Shown in pieces: positions 47,446 through 57,692 of a DNA stretch of 64,000 bases. Below the pieces are notes generated by a model, which saw nothing but the letters and a program-made list of their open reading frames with translations, did not search any database and was not told where the DNA came from. This stretch comes from an uncultured delta proteobacterium (GTDB lineage Bacteria; Myxococcota_A; Polyangia; Polyangiales; Polyangiaceae): assembly GCA_963841435.1 (NCBI GenBank), contig CAWJCS010000006.1, positions 1,793,775-1,857,774 on the forward strand, read 5' to 3'. Each line of letters starts with the position of its first letter. Position 1 is the first letter of the stretch. The position numbers and the translations under genes are program-made.

Positions 47446-49209
47446 TCACACCGCTTCGGCGTGACGCTCGCCGTCTCGGACGGTAACTCCCTCGACGGCA
47501 CCGGCGCTGAGCTTCACGACGCGATGAGCCTTGCTCACGGTGCTCAAGCGATGAGTGATGATGATGGTGGTGCGCTGGGCGCTCGCCGCTTCGATGGCCG
47601 CCATCACCTCCTGCTCGGTGACGGCGTCCAAGGCAGACGTTGGCTCATCCAGGATCAACAGCGAGGGGTTTCGCACGATCGCGCGAGCAATCGCCAACCG
47701 CTGGCGCTGCCCACCGGAGAGCGTCGCTCCGCGCTCGCCCAGGATGGTGTCCAAGCCTTGCGGGAGGCGATCGATGACCTCGTCCATGTGAACTCGCGAA
47801 AGCGCGTCACGCACCTCCGCGGTCCCCACCCAGGGAGCGCCGTACGCAATGTTCTCCGCGATGGAGCCGTTGAACATGAATGGCTCTTGCTCCACGAACG
47901 CGACACCTCGGTGGAAGCTTTCCGGGGCGAAGTCCCAGTAGTCCACGCCGTCGAAGCGGATGGCACCCCGCGTTGGCTCGCGTAGCCTCAAGAGCAGGCT
48001 GGCGAGCGTCGTCTTGCCGGAGCCCGAGGGGCCCAGGATCGCCACCGTTTCCCCGGCCAGGATCGAAAAGCTCACGTCTCTGAGCGCCGGGTGCCCGTTC
48101 GGATAGAGGTACGACACCCCTTCGAAGGTCACGCCTTCTCGTACGGTGACGTCCGTGCGGCTCCCGAACGGACGCTCCGGGAACGACGGCAGATCGAGCC
48201 ACCCGAGCACTTTCTCCATACTGCCGGCGAAGGAAGTGACGGCAGTGTGCATGCCGTACAGCTGGTTGAGGGCGGGCAGGAGCCTCAAGAGGCCGAAGCC
48301 GAAGGCCAAAAAATGCGATAGGCCGACCACGCCCGTTGAAATCCACATGCCATAGGCCGCGGCGGTGAGGCCCATGGCGCCCGCGACCCCCAGCGTCTCG
48401 GTCGTCGCCTGGGCGCGCTGGGTCGCCACCGACGCCGCGATGTCGGCGTCCGCGTGGGCCTCGTTCGCTCTGGCGAAGCTCGCATGGCGAGCACTCTGGC
48501 CGGCGGTCGCTCGCACGACCCGAAGCCCGCCCACCGACTCGCTCACTTCGCGGCCGAGCGCCGCGTTCGAGCTGACGAGATCACGGCCGATCCTCAGGGA
48601 ACGACGGCTGAGGACGACGCTCGCGAAGCCGAGCAGGACCCCGAGCAGCAGCGTCGCCGCGGTCAAGCGCAGCGAGATCAGCGTGATGGCCACGGCATAC
48701 CCGCCCGCGACAATCCCCCGCTGCGCGAGGGTGAGCGCATAGTCGAGGGCGCGGTTCGCTCGCCCGGCCTCCACGAGGAAGGCCCCCGATATCTCACCCG
48801 TGGTCTTGTTCTCGATGATCGACATGGGCGCGCGCAGCAGCCGATCCAGCAGCAGCCGACGCAGCTCGACGAGCATCCCGCGGCGCAGGTGCCCCGCAAC
48901 GCGTACCGCGGCGTATCCGACCAGGTTCTTCACGACGACGATGCCGAGAATCCCGATGGACAACGCGAGCACTCGCTGCCCTCGCTCCAAATCTCCGAGA
49001 AACGGGAGCCAGCGCTCGAGCGGTCCCGGCGCCTGTTCCGTGCTCGTGAGCGTGGAAAGCAGCGGGACGAGCAAGCCGACGGTCGCGCTCTCGAGCGCGC
49101 CCGCAAAGAGCATCAGGAGCAGGGTCCCGATCAGGCCGGCACGCGGTGTCCGCGTGCGTCGCAAGAGTTGTCGGAGTGGACCGTACGTGGCTGCGATCGC
49201 GGAAGACAT
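47446..49209 (-). CDS. ABC transporter fused TMD-NBD (MsbA/PglK/HepA-like glycolipid flippase)
   Basis: TM domain; Walker A GPSGSGKT, LSGGQRQR, LILDEPTSALD and ITHRL; located in the glycan locus. Confidence 0.92.
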   Translation of the reverse strand: MSSAIAATYGPLRQLLRRTRTPRAGLIGTLLLMLFAGALESATVGLLVPLLSTLTSTEQAPGPLERWLPFLGDLERGQRVLALSIGILGIVVVKNLVGYAAVRVAGHLRRGMLVELRRLLLDRLLRAPMSIIENKTTGEISGAFLVEAGRANRALDYALTLAQRGIVAGGYAVAITLISLRLTAATLLLGVLLGFASVVLSRRSLRIGRDLVSSNAALGREVSESVGGLRVVRATAGQSARHASFARANEAHADADIAASVATQRAQATTETLGVAGAMGLTAAAYGMWISTGVVGLSHFLAFGFGLLRLLPALNQLYGMHTAVTSFAGSMEKVLGWLDLPSFPERPFGSRTDVTVREGVTFEGVSYLYPNGHPALRDVSFSILAGETVAILGPSGSGKTTLASLLLRLREPTRGAIRFDGVDYWDFAPESFHRGVAFVEQEPFMFNGSIAENIAYGAPWVGTAEVRDALSRVHMDEVIDRLPQGLDTILGERGATLSGGQRQRLAIARAIVRNPSLLILDEPTSALDAVTEQEVMAAIEAASAQRTTIIITHRLSTVSKAHRVVKLSAGAVEGVTVRDGERHAEAV

Positions 49210-49480
49210 GCGAGAGAGTCGGAGCGCGCTGAACCCTGACGGAGAACCGGTGGAGCACGGAGCAGCCGGCCGAACACCCTAGAACGCCGATCCCCTCGAG
49301 GGAAGGAAGCAAGCCAAAATTCCCCCGCCCGAGCGTGAAAACCAAGGCAGATTCGATCGCTTACGCCGCGCATGCTCTAGCGACCCTCGCTGGGCGACTG
49401 GCCTCTCGCCCCGGCGTCGTCGGGGGAGGGTTCGCCCCTTTTTCGAGCAGCGTGTTATGCCGCGACGAGGCGCCACGTCG

Positions 49481-50599
49481 ATGCCCAACCCTCGGCCCAA
49501 AATCCTCGCCTACGCGACCCAAGGCAGCGGCGGGCCGGAGGTCCTCGACGACGAGCTCAGGTTGCGGACCCTGCTCGGCGAGTTCGACGCGAGCTACGTG
49601 CGTTTCGACCGTGGGAACAGGCTCGGAAGCTTCCGCCGCGTGCTCCGAGCGCTGAAAAGCGAGCGCCCCGACATGGTGGTCATGGAGGGGACCGGACTCG
49701 CCGGCGGTGCCGCGCTGCTCCTCGGCCGGGCGCTCTTCGGCACGCGCTACGTGCTGAGCAGCGGCGACGCCGTCGCGCCCTTCGTGCGGGCGCAGGCGCC
49801 CCTCGCTCACCCACTTTTCTTGCTCTACGAGGCGTTGCTTTGTCGGCATGCGGCGGGCTTCGTCGGCTGGTCCCCTTACGTGGTCGGCCGCGCTCTCACG
49901 CTCGGCGCCCCCGCCGCCATGACGGCGCCGGGCTGGCCGCCCTACCCTCCTCTGCGCAACCGCGACGACGCGCGCCGCCTGGTCCGCGAGCGCCTGGGCA
50001 TTGCGCCGAACGCCATGGTGTTCGGCGTGGTCGGCTCACTCGCCTGGAACCGGCGCGTCCACTACTGCTACGGGCTCGAGCTCGCGCAGGCGTTGCCGCT
50101 GGCGGCCGAGCGCACCGACCTCCACGTCCTCATCGTCGGCGACGGCGACGGCCGCGCGCACATCGAACGATTGAGGTCTGCCGCCACGAGCCGGCTTCAC
50201 CTCACCGGCAGGGTGCCGCGCCCAGAGGTGGGTGACTACCTCGCCGCGATGGATGTCGTCACGCTCCCGCAGAGTGTCGATGCGGTAGGAAATTTTCGCT
50301 ACACGACGAAGCTCAGCGAGTACCTCGGGTCGGGTGTGCCGGTCGTGGTCAATCAGATCCCGCTCGCCTACGATCTGCCGGGCGAGTGGGTGTTTCGCCT
50401 GCCGGGTCGGTCACCCTGGGATCCTGCCTTCGTCGAAGCGCTCGCCAAGCTGATGCGCGAGGTCTCGCGCGAAGAGCTCGAAGACAAGCGTCGGGAAACG
50501 GAGAAAGCGCTGCCCCTTTTTCAGCGCGACCCGCAGGTGCAACGCTTCACGCGCTTTCTGCTCGATCGGCTGGCGGCTTCGGCGCCGACCAAGCCCTAG
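49481..50599 (+). CDS. GT4-like glycosyltransferase
   Basis: R.RLGI, VFGVVGSL, LIVGDG, TGRVP, YLAAMDV and KLSEYL.SG.PVV. Confidence 0.85.
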   Translation: MPNPRPKILAYATQGSGGPEVLDDELRLRTLLGEFDASYVRFDRGNRLGSFRRVLRALKSERPDMVVMEGTGLAGGAALLLGRALFGTRYVLSSGDAVAPFVRAQAPLAHPLFLLYEALLCRHAAGFVGWSPYVVGRALTLGAPAAMTAPGWPPYPPLRNRDDARRLVRERLGIAPNAMVFGVVGSLAWNRRVHYCYGLELAQALPLAAERTDLHVLIVGDGDGRAHIERLRSAATSRLHLTGRVPRPEVGDYLAAMDVVTLPQSVDAVGNFRYTTKLSEYLGSGVPVVVNQIPLAYDLPGEWVFRLPGRSPWDPAFVEALAKLMREVSREELEDKRRETEKALPLFQRDPQVQRFTRFLLDRLAASAPTKP

Positions 50600-50622
50600 C
50601 GAGCCGTCCAAGAGAAAAAGTC

Positions 50623-51387
50623 CTAGGCCCGGGAGCTCGGCTTGACCGCGATTCGGCCCGTGTAGTTGACGCGGGCGAGGAACAGTGGGTGATCCAGCTG
50701 CTCGAGGTACTCGTCCACCGCGGCGCGCGCGCCTTGCCAGTGACCGTAGTCGTCGATGATCAAGATGCCTTCGGCGGTGAGCAACGGATAGAGGTGCTCG
50801 AGCTCGTGCCGCGTCAACTCGTACCAGTCGGTGTCCAGTCGCAAGAGAGCGATCTTTTCCGGCACCCGTGCAGGGATCGTTTCCTCCACTCGACCCTTGA
50901 CGCAAACCACCTTGTCGGCGGGATAGCCCGTGCTCGCCAGGTTGCGCTGGACGTCCTCGAGGGCCGCGTAGCACCAGAAGCCCGTCCCGCGCGGCGCGGC
51001 CTCGAGCACGCTCTGGGCCGAGGTGCCATCGACGAGCCGATCGCGTTCCGTCGGCTCCGACATGCCCTCGAACGTGTCGTAGAGGTAGAGTGTGCGCTCG
51101 GTGTCGCCCCGAGCCATCAACGCGAGCGCGGCGGCCATCGAGCTACCACCTCGCCAAACGCCGCACTCGACCAGGTCGCCCTCGATGCCGTGGCGTGCGA
51201 GATGACCAACGGCCTGGACCACGGCCGCAATCCGCTCGAGGCTCGTGAGCGTGTAGGGACGCACACGACGGACGATATCGCGCTCCTCTTCGCTCAGATC
51301 GGCGAGCACCAACTCGGGATCAGGCCGCGCGCGCACGACATCGTAACCGAGCCGCCGGACGGCAGAGCGCAACAAGCTCTTGACCAA
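50623..51387 (-). CDS. TylF/MycF/NovP-family O-methyltransferase
   Basis: GDLVECGVWRGGS, YDTFEG, LLRLDTDWYE and IIDDYGHWQG. Confidence 0.93.
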   Translation of the reverse strand: MVKSLLRSAVRRLGYDVVRARPDPELVLADLSEEERDIVRRVRPYTLTSLERIAAVVQAVGHLARHGIEGDLVECGVWRGGSSMAAALALMARGDTERTLYLYDTFEGMSEPTERDRLVDGTSAQSVLEAAPRGTGFWCYAALEDVQRNLASTGYPADKVVCVKGRVEETIPARVPEKIALLRLDTDWYELTRHELEHLYPLLTAEGILIIDDYGHWQGARAAVDEYLEQLDHPLFLARVNYTGRIAVKPSSRA

Positions 51388-51439
51388 GATACCTCCTACT
51401 TTCGCGCCGACTGATTAGCACGCGCCATCGTGTGGGGCA

Positions 51440-52576
51440 TCATCTGTTCGCGTCCAAGAGCGCCGCGATCTCGGCGGCCATGTCGTCCCAGCTTCGCGCA
51501 CGGACGCGACGAGCGAGCGGCGCGACCCGCGACCGGGTGCCGTCCAAATCCGAGCGCCAGCTCCGGAGCCGCGCGGCAACCTCGCTCGCGCTCGCCGGGT
51601 CGTCGATGAGCAGGCCCGCGAGCTCGGGCGGATAGAGCTCGGCCACACCCGCGCTCGCGGACACGATGGCGGGCAAACCTCGTGCGAGTGCCTCGGCCAC
51701 GCCGAGGCCAAAAGCCTCGTAGAGCGTCGGCGAGACCAGGGCATCGCAGGCGCTCAGCACGAAGGGGACGTCGCTGCGGAACCCCAGGAAAAGCACGCGG
51801 TTCGACAGGCCCGCCGCCACGGCTCTCCCGCGCCATTCCGCAAGCCGCTGGCCGGTGCCGACGACCAAAAGCACGGCATCCCAAGCGGGCTCACGACACA
51901 AGAGCTGCCACGCCGCGAACAGCGTATCGAAACCCTTGCGGCGATCGCCGAGACCACCGACGAACGCGATCGCCGGCGCGCTGCCGAGCCCCAGCCCCGC
52001 CCTCGCCGCGCGCCGTTCCTCGTCCGCCACCGGACCGAACGACTCGGCGTCGATACCGTAGTAGACCGTGTGCACTCGGCTCGGTTCCATGCCGAGGCGA
52101 TCGATGAGGACGCGCCGCGTCCCCTCCGAATTGGCGATGGTGACTCGAGCCCGCGCCAAGGCGCGCCGCTCGCGCTCCAGGTACGCGAGGGCCAACGCTG
52201 CTCGCTTCGCGCCGCTTGCGGAGAGGCTCCACGGCGACCGGTACGCGGCGTGAACGTAGTGCACCCAATTGTTCGCGCTTGCGATGCAATTGCCCCCGTT
52301 GACGATCGCCGTCCCGCCGCGCGCCTCGATCGCGGCACACGTCCGCCGTCCGGTCCAGTCGAGCAGCACCTCGCCAAGCGCGTGGCGTCCGAACGGCCGG
52401 GGAACACGCCGCCAGGAGACGCCCGTCCGCGCGCCGAGGACGGGATCGACTCGATGCGAAACCAGCGTGACCGGCCGACCGATTCGGGAGAGGAACTCAG
52501 CCAGTGCGAAGTTGGCTCGGTCCATGCCTCCGGTCTTGACGAAGTCACCGGCAACGAGCGCCACGTCACCTTGCAT
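51440..52576 (-). CDS. GT4-family glycosyltransferase
   Basis: TGGMDRAN, YYGID, RKGF, FLGFRSDV and YEAFGL..AEALARGLP. Confidence 0.92.
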   Translation of the reverse strand: MQGDVALVAGDFVKTGGMDRANFALAEFLSRIGRPVTLVSHRVDPVLGARTGVSWRRVPRPFGRHALGEVLLDWTGRRTCAAIEARGGTAIVNGGNCIASANNWVHYVHAAYRSPWSLSASGAKRAALALAYLERERRALARARVTIANSEGTRRVLIDRLGMEPSRVHTVYYGIDAESFGPVADEERRAARAGLGLGSAPAIAFVGGLGDRRKGFDTLFAAWQLLCREPAWDAVLLVVGTGQRLAEWRGRAVAAGLSNRVLFLGFRSDVPFVLSACDALVSPTLYEAFGLGVAEALARGLPAIVSASAGVAELYPPELAGLLIDDPASASEVAARLRSWRSDLDGTRSRVAPLARRVRARSWDDMAAEIAALLDANR

Positions 52577-52710
52577 GCGACCCGTTCGAGTGAGGGCGGA
52601 AAAATGAGGCGATTTCAGTAGCCGGACCGTAGACGACCCCCGGCTTTGACGATAGTTTGCGGCTCGCCCGGAATGCAGGGACTGGGGCAGGCAACCAATC
52701 GCAGCAACGC

Positions 52711-54237
52711 ATGGGTAGCTATCTACTTTGCTTCGGGGTCGCGGTCGTCGCGAGTGTGGTGCTCACCCCACTGGCGCGGCGGCTCGCCGTTGCCCTGGGC
52801 GCGGTAGGCATCCCGGGCGGGCGAAATGTACACGCCCGAAGCATCCCACGCCTCGGCGGAACGGCGCTCGCTGCGGGCTGGCTCATCGCGATTGTCGCAT
52901 GTGTCCACTTGCCCGGTGCCGGGAGCAGCACCCTCCTGGGTTCTGCAGCTCGACTGTGGGCCATGGTGGCGGGCGCCCTTTTGCTCTGCTTCGTCGGGGC
53001 CGTGGACAACGTCAGGCGCCTCCGTGCGTACCACAAGCTCTTCGCGCAGGTTGCCGTCGCAACGCTCGTATTCGCGTGCGGCTTTCGCATCGATGCGGTG
53101 AACGTCCCGCTGATCGCACCGCTCAGCATGGGTGTGTTCGCCCTGCCGGTGACGGTGCTGTGGATCGTCGGCGTCACCAATGCGGTCAATCTCATCGACG
53201 GCCTCGACGGCCTGGCGGCCGGCGTCGGCTTCTTCGCGTCGCTCACCTGCTTCGTGGTGGCCGTGGTGGGCGGCAACCCGTTCGTCGCCCTCTGCTCGGC
53301 GGCGCTGATGGGTGTGCTGGCTGGGTTTTTGGTGTTCAACTTCAACCCGGCGCGCATCTTCATGGGCGATTCCGGCAGCTATTTCATCGGGTTCTTACTC
53401 GCCGTGCTGCCGATCGCGACCACCCGCCAGCAGAAGGCCTCGACCGCCGTCTCTCTGCTCGTTCCCATGATCGCCCTCGGGCTGCCCATCTTCGACACGT
53501 TGTTGACGATGGCGCGCCGCTTCCTCGAGCGCCGCTCGCTCTTTTCGCCGGACCGTGGGCACATCCACCACCGTCTGCTCGATCTGGGGCTCACCCACCG
53601 CCGCGCCGTGGTCCTGCTCTACGGCGTTTCGATCGTCTTTGCGGCGAGCGCCATCGCCATGTCGGTCGGGCGCATCTGGCACACGGGTGTCGCACTCTTG
53701 TCGGTGAGCATCGTCGGCGTTGGCCTGGTGCGTTTCGCAGGCTATTTCGAGTCCCTGCACCTGTCGCGCAGACAGAAAGCGCGCATCTACGACGCCCAGG
53801 CCGAGAAGCTCCGCCGCGAGATCCCCCGGCTGTTGACGCAGTGCTCCAACGTGCACAGCGAAGCCGAGGTGCTCGCTCTGCTGGAGGGCGCCGTCGAGAA
53901 CCTGTCACTCGAAAGGCTCGAGCTGGTGGCCGAAGGGCGCGTCGTCAGAGCCTTCCAGAGCGAGCCCCCGCAATCTCAGCGCGAAAGCGTCCGGACGACG
54001 TACCCGGTCGGTCGCGACGACCAGGCCCGGGCGGCGCTGAAATTTCACTGGTGCAGTGACGAGGCCAACGTCTCCCCGCAGACCGCCATCTTGCTCCAGC
54101 TGCTCGTCAACGCGGCCGCCGAGGCGTTGCAACGCGTCGGAAGTTCGCTATCTCCCTCCGCAGCTCGTTCCGAACCAGCACCTGCCTACGCCGTGGGCAA
54201 TGCCGTCACCGCGGCTTCGGGCCGCGCACTACCATGA
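52711..54237 (+). CDS. wecA: WecA/TagO-like undecaprenyl-phosphate HexNAc-1-P transferase with C-terminal extension
   Basis: H...IPRLGG, NAVNLIDGLDGLA, FNFNPARIFMGDSGS and PDRGHIHHRL. Confidence 0.92.
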   Translation: MGSYLLCFGVAVVASVVLTPLARRLAVALGAVGIPGGRNVHARSIPRLGGTALAAGWLIAIVACVHLPGAGSSTLLGSAARLWAMVAGALLLCFVGAVDNVRRLRAYHKLFAQVAVATLVFACGFRIDAVNVPLIAPLSMGVFALPVTVLWIVGVTNAVNLIDGLDGLAAGVGFFASLTCFVVAVVGGNPFVALCSAALMGVLAGFLVFNFNPARIFMGDSGSYFIGFLLAVLPIATTRQQKASTAVSLLVPMIALGLPIFDTLLTMARRFLERRSLFSPDRGHIHHRLLDLGLTHRRAVVLLYGVSIVFAASAIAMSVGRIWHTGVALLSVSIVGVGLVRFAGYFESLHLSRRQKARIYDAQAEKLRREIPRLLTQCSNVHSEAEVLALLEGAVENLSLERLELVAEGRVVRAFQSEPPQSQRESVRTTYPVGRDDQARAALKFHWCSDEANVSPQTAILLQLLVNAAAEALQRVGSSLSPSAARSEPAPAYAVGNAVTAASGRALP

Positions 54238-56471
54238 CGCCAAGCACCGAAGCGACCAATCTGTTCCCCGAGGCCACCTCGGGCGACCCCAGCGCCCTGA
54301 GCCCGGCCGCGCTCGCGCGGGCCGTCCGCAAGCACTGGCTGCTCGCCGTGCTGATCGTCGCGCTGAGCATCGGGGCAGCCTATGGCTACACGGCGACGCG
54401 AACGCCAATCTTCGAGGCCGTCGGAACGGTTCAGTTCGACCCCCAGCCCTTGATGCCCCTTGGCCCGCACGTCTCTCCCGAGAACGTCCAGGAGAGCTAC
54501 TGGACGAACTCCGAGTACTTCGCCACTCAGCGCCAGATTTTAACGTCGCGCCGCGTCGCAACGGCCGTGGTCAAGAAGCTCGGGCTGAACCGCGACGCCG
54601 CCTTTCTCTACATGGCGCGTCCCGGTAAGGAACCGCCCCCCGCCGCCACCGGCGTGACCGAGGAGCAGGCGGCCGAAACGCTGCGAGCGCGGCTCACCGT
54701 GCGCCCGGTCCAGGAGAGCCGCCTCGCGGAGGTCGCCCTCACCGACGCGGACGCGGCGCGCGCACAGCGGGTCCTGACGACCCTACTCGAGACCTACGTC
54801 GAGCAGAATCTCGGCACGTCGCTCGCCTCGGCGAACACGACCGCCGAATGGCTCGACACCCAGCTGAACAAGCTAAAAAATGAGCTCGAAGGCCAGGAGA
54901 TGGAGCTCTACGACTTCAAGAAGCAGTACAACCTGCTCAGCGTCTCGTACGACGACCAGTCGAACATGCTGAGGGCGCAGATCCTCCAACTCAACGGCAC
55001 GCTCACGGGTCTCAAGGCGAAGCGCGAAGGGATCGCCGCCAACTTGGCCGTTCTGCAGAAGATCAACATCGACGATCCCGCGACCATCCCCGACAGCACG
55101 CTGTTCTCGACCCTGTCGTCCCACAAGGAAGCCTACACGTCTGCCCGAAAAGACCTTCAGCGCCTCACGGCGTTCGGCAAGGGCGAGCACCACCCCGAAG
55201 TCGAGGCCAAGCGGGCGGAGGTCGACAGCGCGCGCGCCGCGCTGCTCGGCGAGCTCGATAACATTCGCCGCGGCGTGGCCATGGACCTCGACGCCGCGCA
55301 GGGCGAGCTCAACGGCGTGAGTGGCCTCTACGAAACCGCCAAGCGCCAAGCGCTGGAGCTCAACATCAACGAGCTCAAGTACACCCGCCTGCGGCGCTCC
55401 AAGGACAGCACGGAGCGAGTGTTCGGCATGGTGCTGGAGCGCTCGGCCGATACCGGCCTTTCCAAGGTCATGCCATTCAACAACGTCCGGGTCGTCGACC
55501 GCCCGCTCTTGCCGGGTCGTCCGATTCTGCCCAAGCCCTCTCAGAACATGGCGCTCGGAAGTGTCCTCGGCTTGCTCCTCGGCTTGCTGGCCGCCGTGGG
55601 ACGCGAGGCGCTCGACCGCACCGCGCGTAGCTCCGAACAGGTCGAGCAGGATCTCGGCCTGCCCTCACTCGGCTCGCTGCCCGACACGGCCGGCCGCGGG
55701 TCGAATCGCGGGCTCTACGCCCCGTACTACGGGAAATCGAAGGGCAAGCGCTCGGAGCCCAAGCCCGAAGATTTGCCCAACGACCGGGTCGAGCTCGTCG
55801 TCCATACCCATCCAAAAAGCGCCGTGGCAGAAGCCGCGCGCGCCATCCGCACCAACTTGCTCTTCCTTTCCCCCGATCGGCCCTTCCGCACGCTGCTCGT
55901 CACGAGCGCCGGCCCGGCCGAGGGCAAGACCACGGTCGCCACGTCGCTCGCGATCGCGATGGCCCAGACGGGGCGCAAGGTCTGCTTGGTGGACTGCGAT
56001 CTCAGACGCCCCAGGATCCACGTGCTGTTCGGCGGAGACAACTCTGTCGGCGTCACCACGTCGCTGCTCGAGCCGAACCGGCTCGACGAGGCCATCCACA
56101 CGACGGACATCGGCACCCTGTCCGTGTTGCTGTCGGGCCCCACGCCACCCAATCCCGCCGACTTGATTCAGAGCGAAGCGTTTGCCTCGCTTTTGGGGGA
56201 GCTCAAGAAGCGCTTCGACCACGTCGTGCTCGACAGCCCGCCGATCTGCGTGGTGACCGATGCGGCCATCGCGTCGACGCGCGTGGACGCCGCGCTGCTG
56301 GTCGTTCGCGCGGGGCGATCGCGACGCGACATGGTGCGGCGCGCGCGACGCGCCCTGCGGGATGTCGGCGCCAACTGCGCGGGCTTCGTTCTCAACGCCG
56401 TGGGCACGACGGCCGAGCGCTACGGGTACGCCCTCTACCAGTACCAGAGCACCGATAACGCGCCGAGCTGA
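54234..56471 (+). CDS. wzc: Wzc polysaccharide co-polymerase / BY-kinase
   Basis: Two TMs flanking a coiled coil; AEA.R.IRTNL, SAGPAEGKTT, VDCDLRRP, VLDSPP and Tyr-rich tail RYGYALYQY. Confidence 0.94.
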   Translation: MTPSTEATNLFPEATSGDPSALSPAALARAVRKHWLLAVLIVALSIGAAYGYTATRTPIFEAVGTVQFDPQPLMPLGPHVSPENVQESYWTNSEYFATQRQILTSRRVATAVVKKLGLNRDAAFLYMARPGKEPPPAATGVTEEQAAETLRARLTVRPVQESRLAEVALTDADAARAQRVLTTLLETYVEQNLGTSLASANTTAEWLDTQLNKLKNELEGQEMELYDFKKQYNLLSVSYDDQSNMLRAQILQLNGTLTGLKAKREGIAANLAVLQKINIDDPATIPDSTLFSTLSSHKEAYTSARKDLQRLTAFGKGEHHPEVEAKRAEVDSARAALLGELDNIRRGVAMDLDAAQGELNGVSGLYETAKRQALELNINELKYTRLRRSKDSTERVFGMVLERSADTGLSKVMPFNNVRVVDRPLLPGRPILPKPSQNMALGSVLGLLLGLLAAVGREALDRTARSSEQVEQDLGLPSLGSLPDTAGRGSNRGLYAPYYGKSKGKRSEPKPEDLPNDRVELVVHTHPKSAVAEAARAIRTNLLFLSPDRPFRTLLVTSAGPAEGKTTVATSLAIAMAQTGRKVCLVDCDLRRPRIHVLFGGDNSVGVTTSLLEPNRLDEAIHTTDIGTLSVLLSGPTPPNPADLIQSEAFASLLGELKKRFDHVVLDSPPICVVTDAAIASTRVDAALLVVRAGRSRRDMVRRARRALRDVGANCAGFVLNAVGTTAERYGYALYQYQSTDNAPS

Positions 56472-56520
56472 CGGAGCCACGGCGGCACACGGGCCGCCCG
56501 CGCTGAACGCCTGAGCTTTC

Positions 56521-57645
56521 GTGCCGCCACCCAGAAGCTTCTGCCTTCTCTCGCCGGAGTACCCTCCCGCCTCGGGCGGCGTGGCAAGCTACGTCGAGCG
56601 CGTCGCCACCGGCCTCGCCGAGGCCGGCGACCAGGTGAGCGTGTGGGCGCCGTCGCCCGCGCGAGACTCGCTGCGTCCCCGCGTCCACGCGCTGCCGAGC
56701 GGCTTCGACGCTGCCGCGCGCCGTCGCATCGAGGCGAGCGCCCCGGCCGGCTCGGGCGTCATCCGGGTGCTCCAGTACGTGCCCCAGGCCTTCGGCGGCC
56801 TCGCCCCCGGGTTCCTGCGCTGGGTGACGAGCCTACCCTCTCCGCTCTGGGTCATGTTCCACGAGGTGGTCTACCCCTTCGAGCGCGGGCAGACGCTGCG
56901 GCGGCACGCGCTCGCAGTCGCGACGCGTGGGCTCGCGGCCTGGCTCCTCCATCGTGCCGACCGCGTGCTCACTTCGACCCCTTCCTGGGACCAATTCCTG
57001 ATCCCGCTCGGTCCGCGCGGACTCAGGCCGGCGTGGCTGCCCGTCACGAGCAACCTGCCCGAGACGCCGAGCGGCCGCCCTCGTCGTGACGTGCTCGGAG
57101 AGCTCGGCCTGCCCGAGGGCGCGCCAATCGTTGCGCATTTCGGGACGTTCGGAGAGCTGACGGCGACGCCGCTCCGCGGCGTGCTCGAGACGCTCGTGCC
57201 GGCGCGACAGGATCTCCACGTCGTGCTCGTCGGTCGCGGTAGCCGCGAATTCTCTGCGTCTTTGCCGCGGGCTCTCGCGTCCCGCCTCCTCGCAACCGGA
57301 GAGCTCCCGGTGGAGCGCATCGCCGACATCATAGGTGCCGCGGACGTGATCGTGCTGCCCTTTCCAGACGGCGTCACGACGCGCCGCACGACCGTCATGG
57401 CGGCACTCGCCCTCGGGCGGCCCATCGTGACCAACGACGGGCGCAACACCGAATGGCTGTGGCGAGGGGAAGGCTGCGTGGCGCTGACCGGCGACGCGCC
57501 CGAGGCGATGGCCAGACGCGCCCTCGAGTTGCTCGAAGATCCAAGCGGGCGGCTCGAGCTCGGCGCCCGGGCGCGCGCCGTCTACGAGGAGCGCTTCTGC
57601 CTCGCGCGGCTCGTGTCCACCCTGCACCTGCTGGCTGACGGCTAG
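56521..57645 (+). CDS. GT4-like glycosyltransferase
   Basis: EYPP..GGVASY, QYVP, VMFHE, ADVIVLPFPDG..RRT and AALALGRPIV. Confidence 0.85.
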   Translation: MPPPRSFCLLSPEYPPASGGVASYVERVATGLAEAGDQVSVWAPSPARDSLRPRVHALPSGFDAAARRRIEASAPAGSGVIRVLQYVPQAFGGLAPGFLRWVTSLPSPLWVMFHEVVYPFERGQTLRRHALAVATRGLAAWLLHRADRVLTSTPSWDQFLIPLGPRGLRPAWLPVTSNLPETPSGRPRRDVLGELGLPEGAPIVAHFGTFGELTATPLRGVLETLVPARQDLHVVLVGRGSREFSASLPRALASRLLATGELPVERIADIIGAADVIVLPFPDGVTTRRTTVMAALALGRPIVTNDGRNTEWLWRGEGCVALTGDAPEAMARRALELLEDPSGRLELGARARAVYEERFCLARLVSTLHLLADG

Positions 57646-57692
57646 CCCGAGCCCTGGCAGCGGTCACCCGTTCGCCGTCGGGTCGAGCTACG

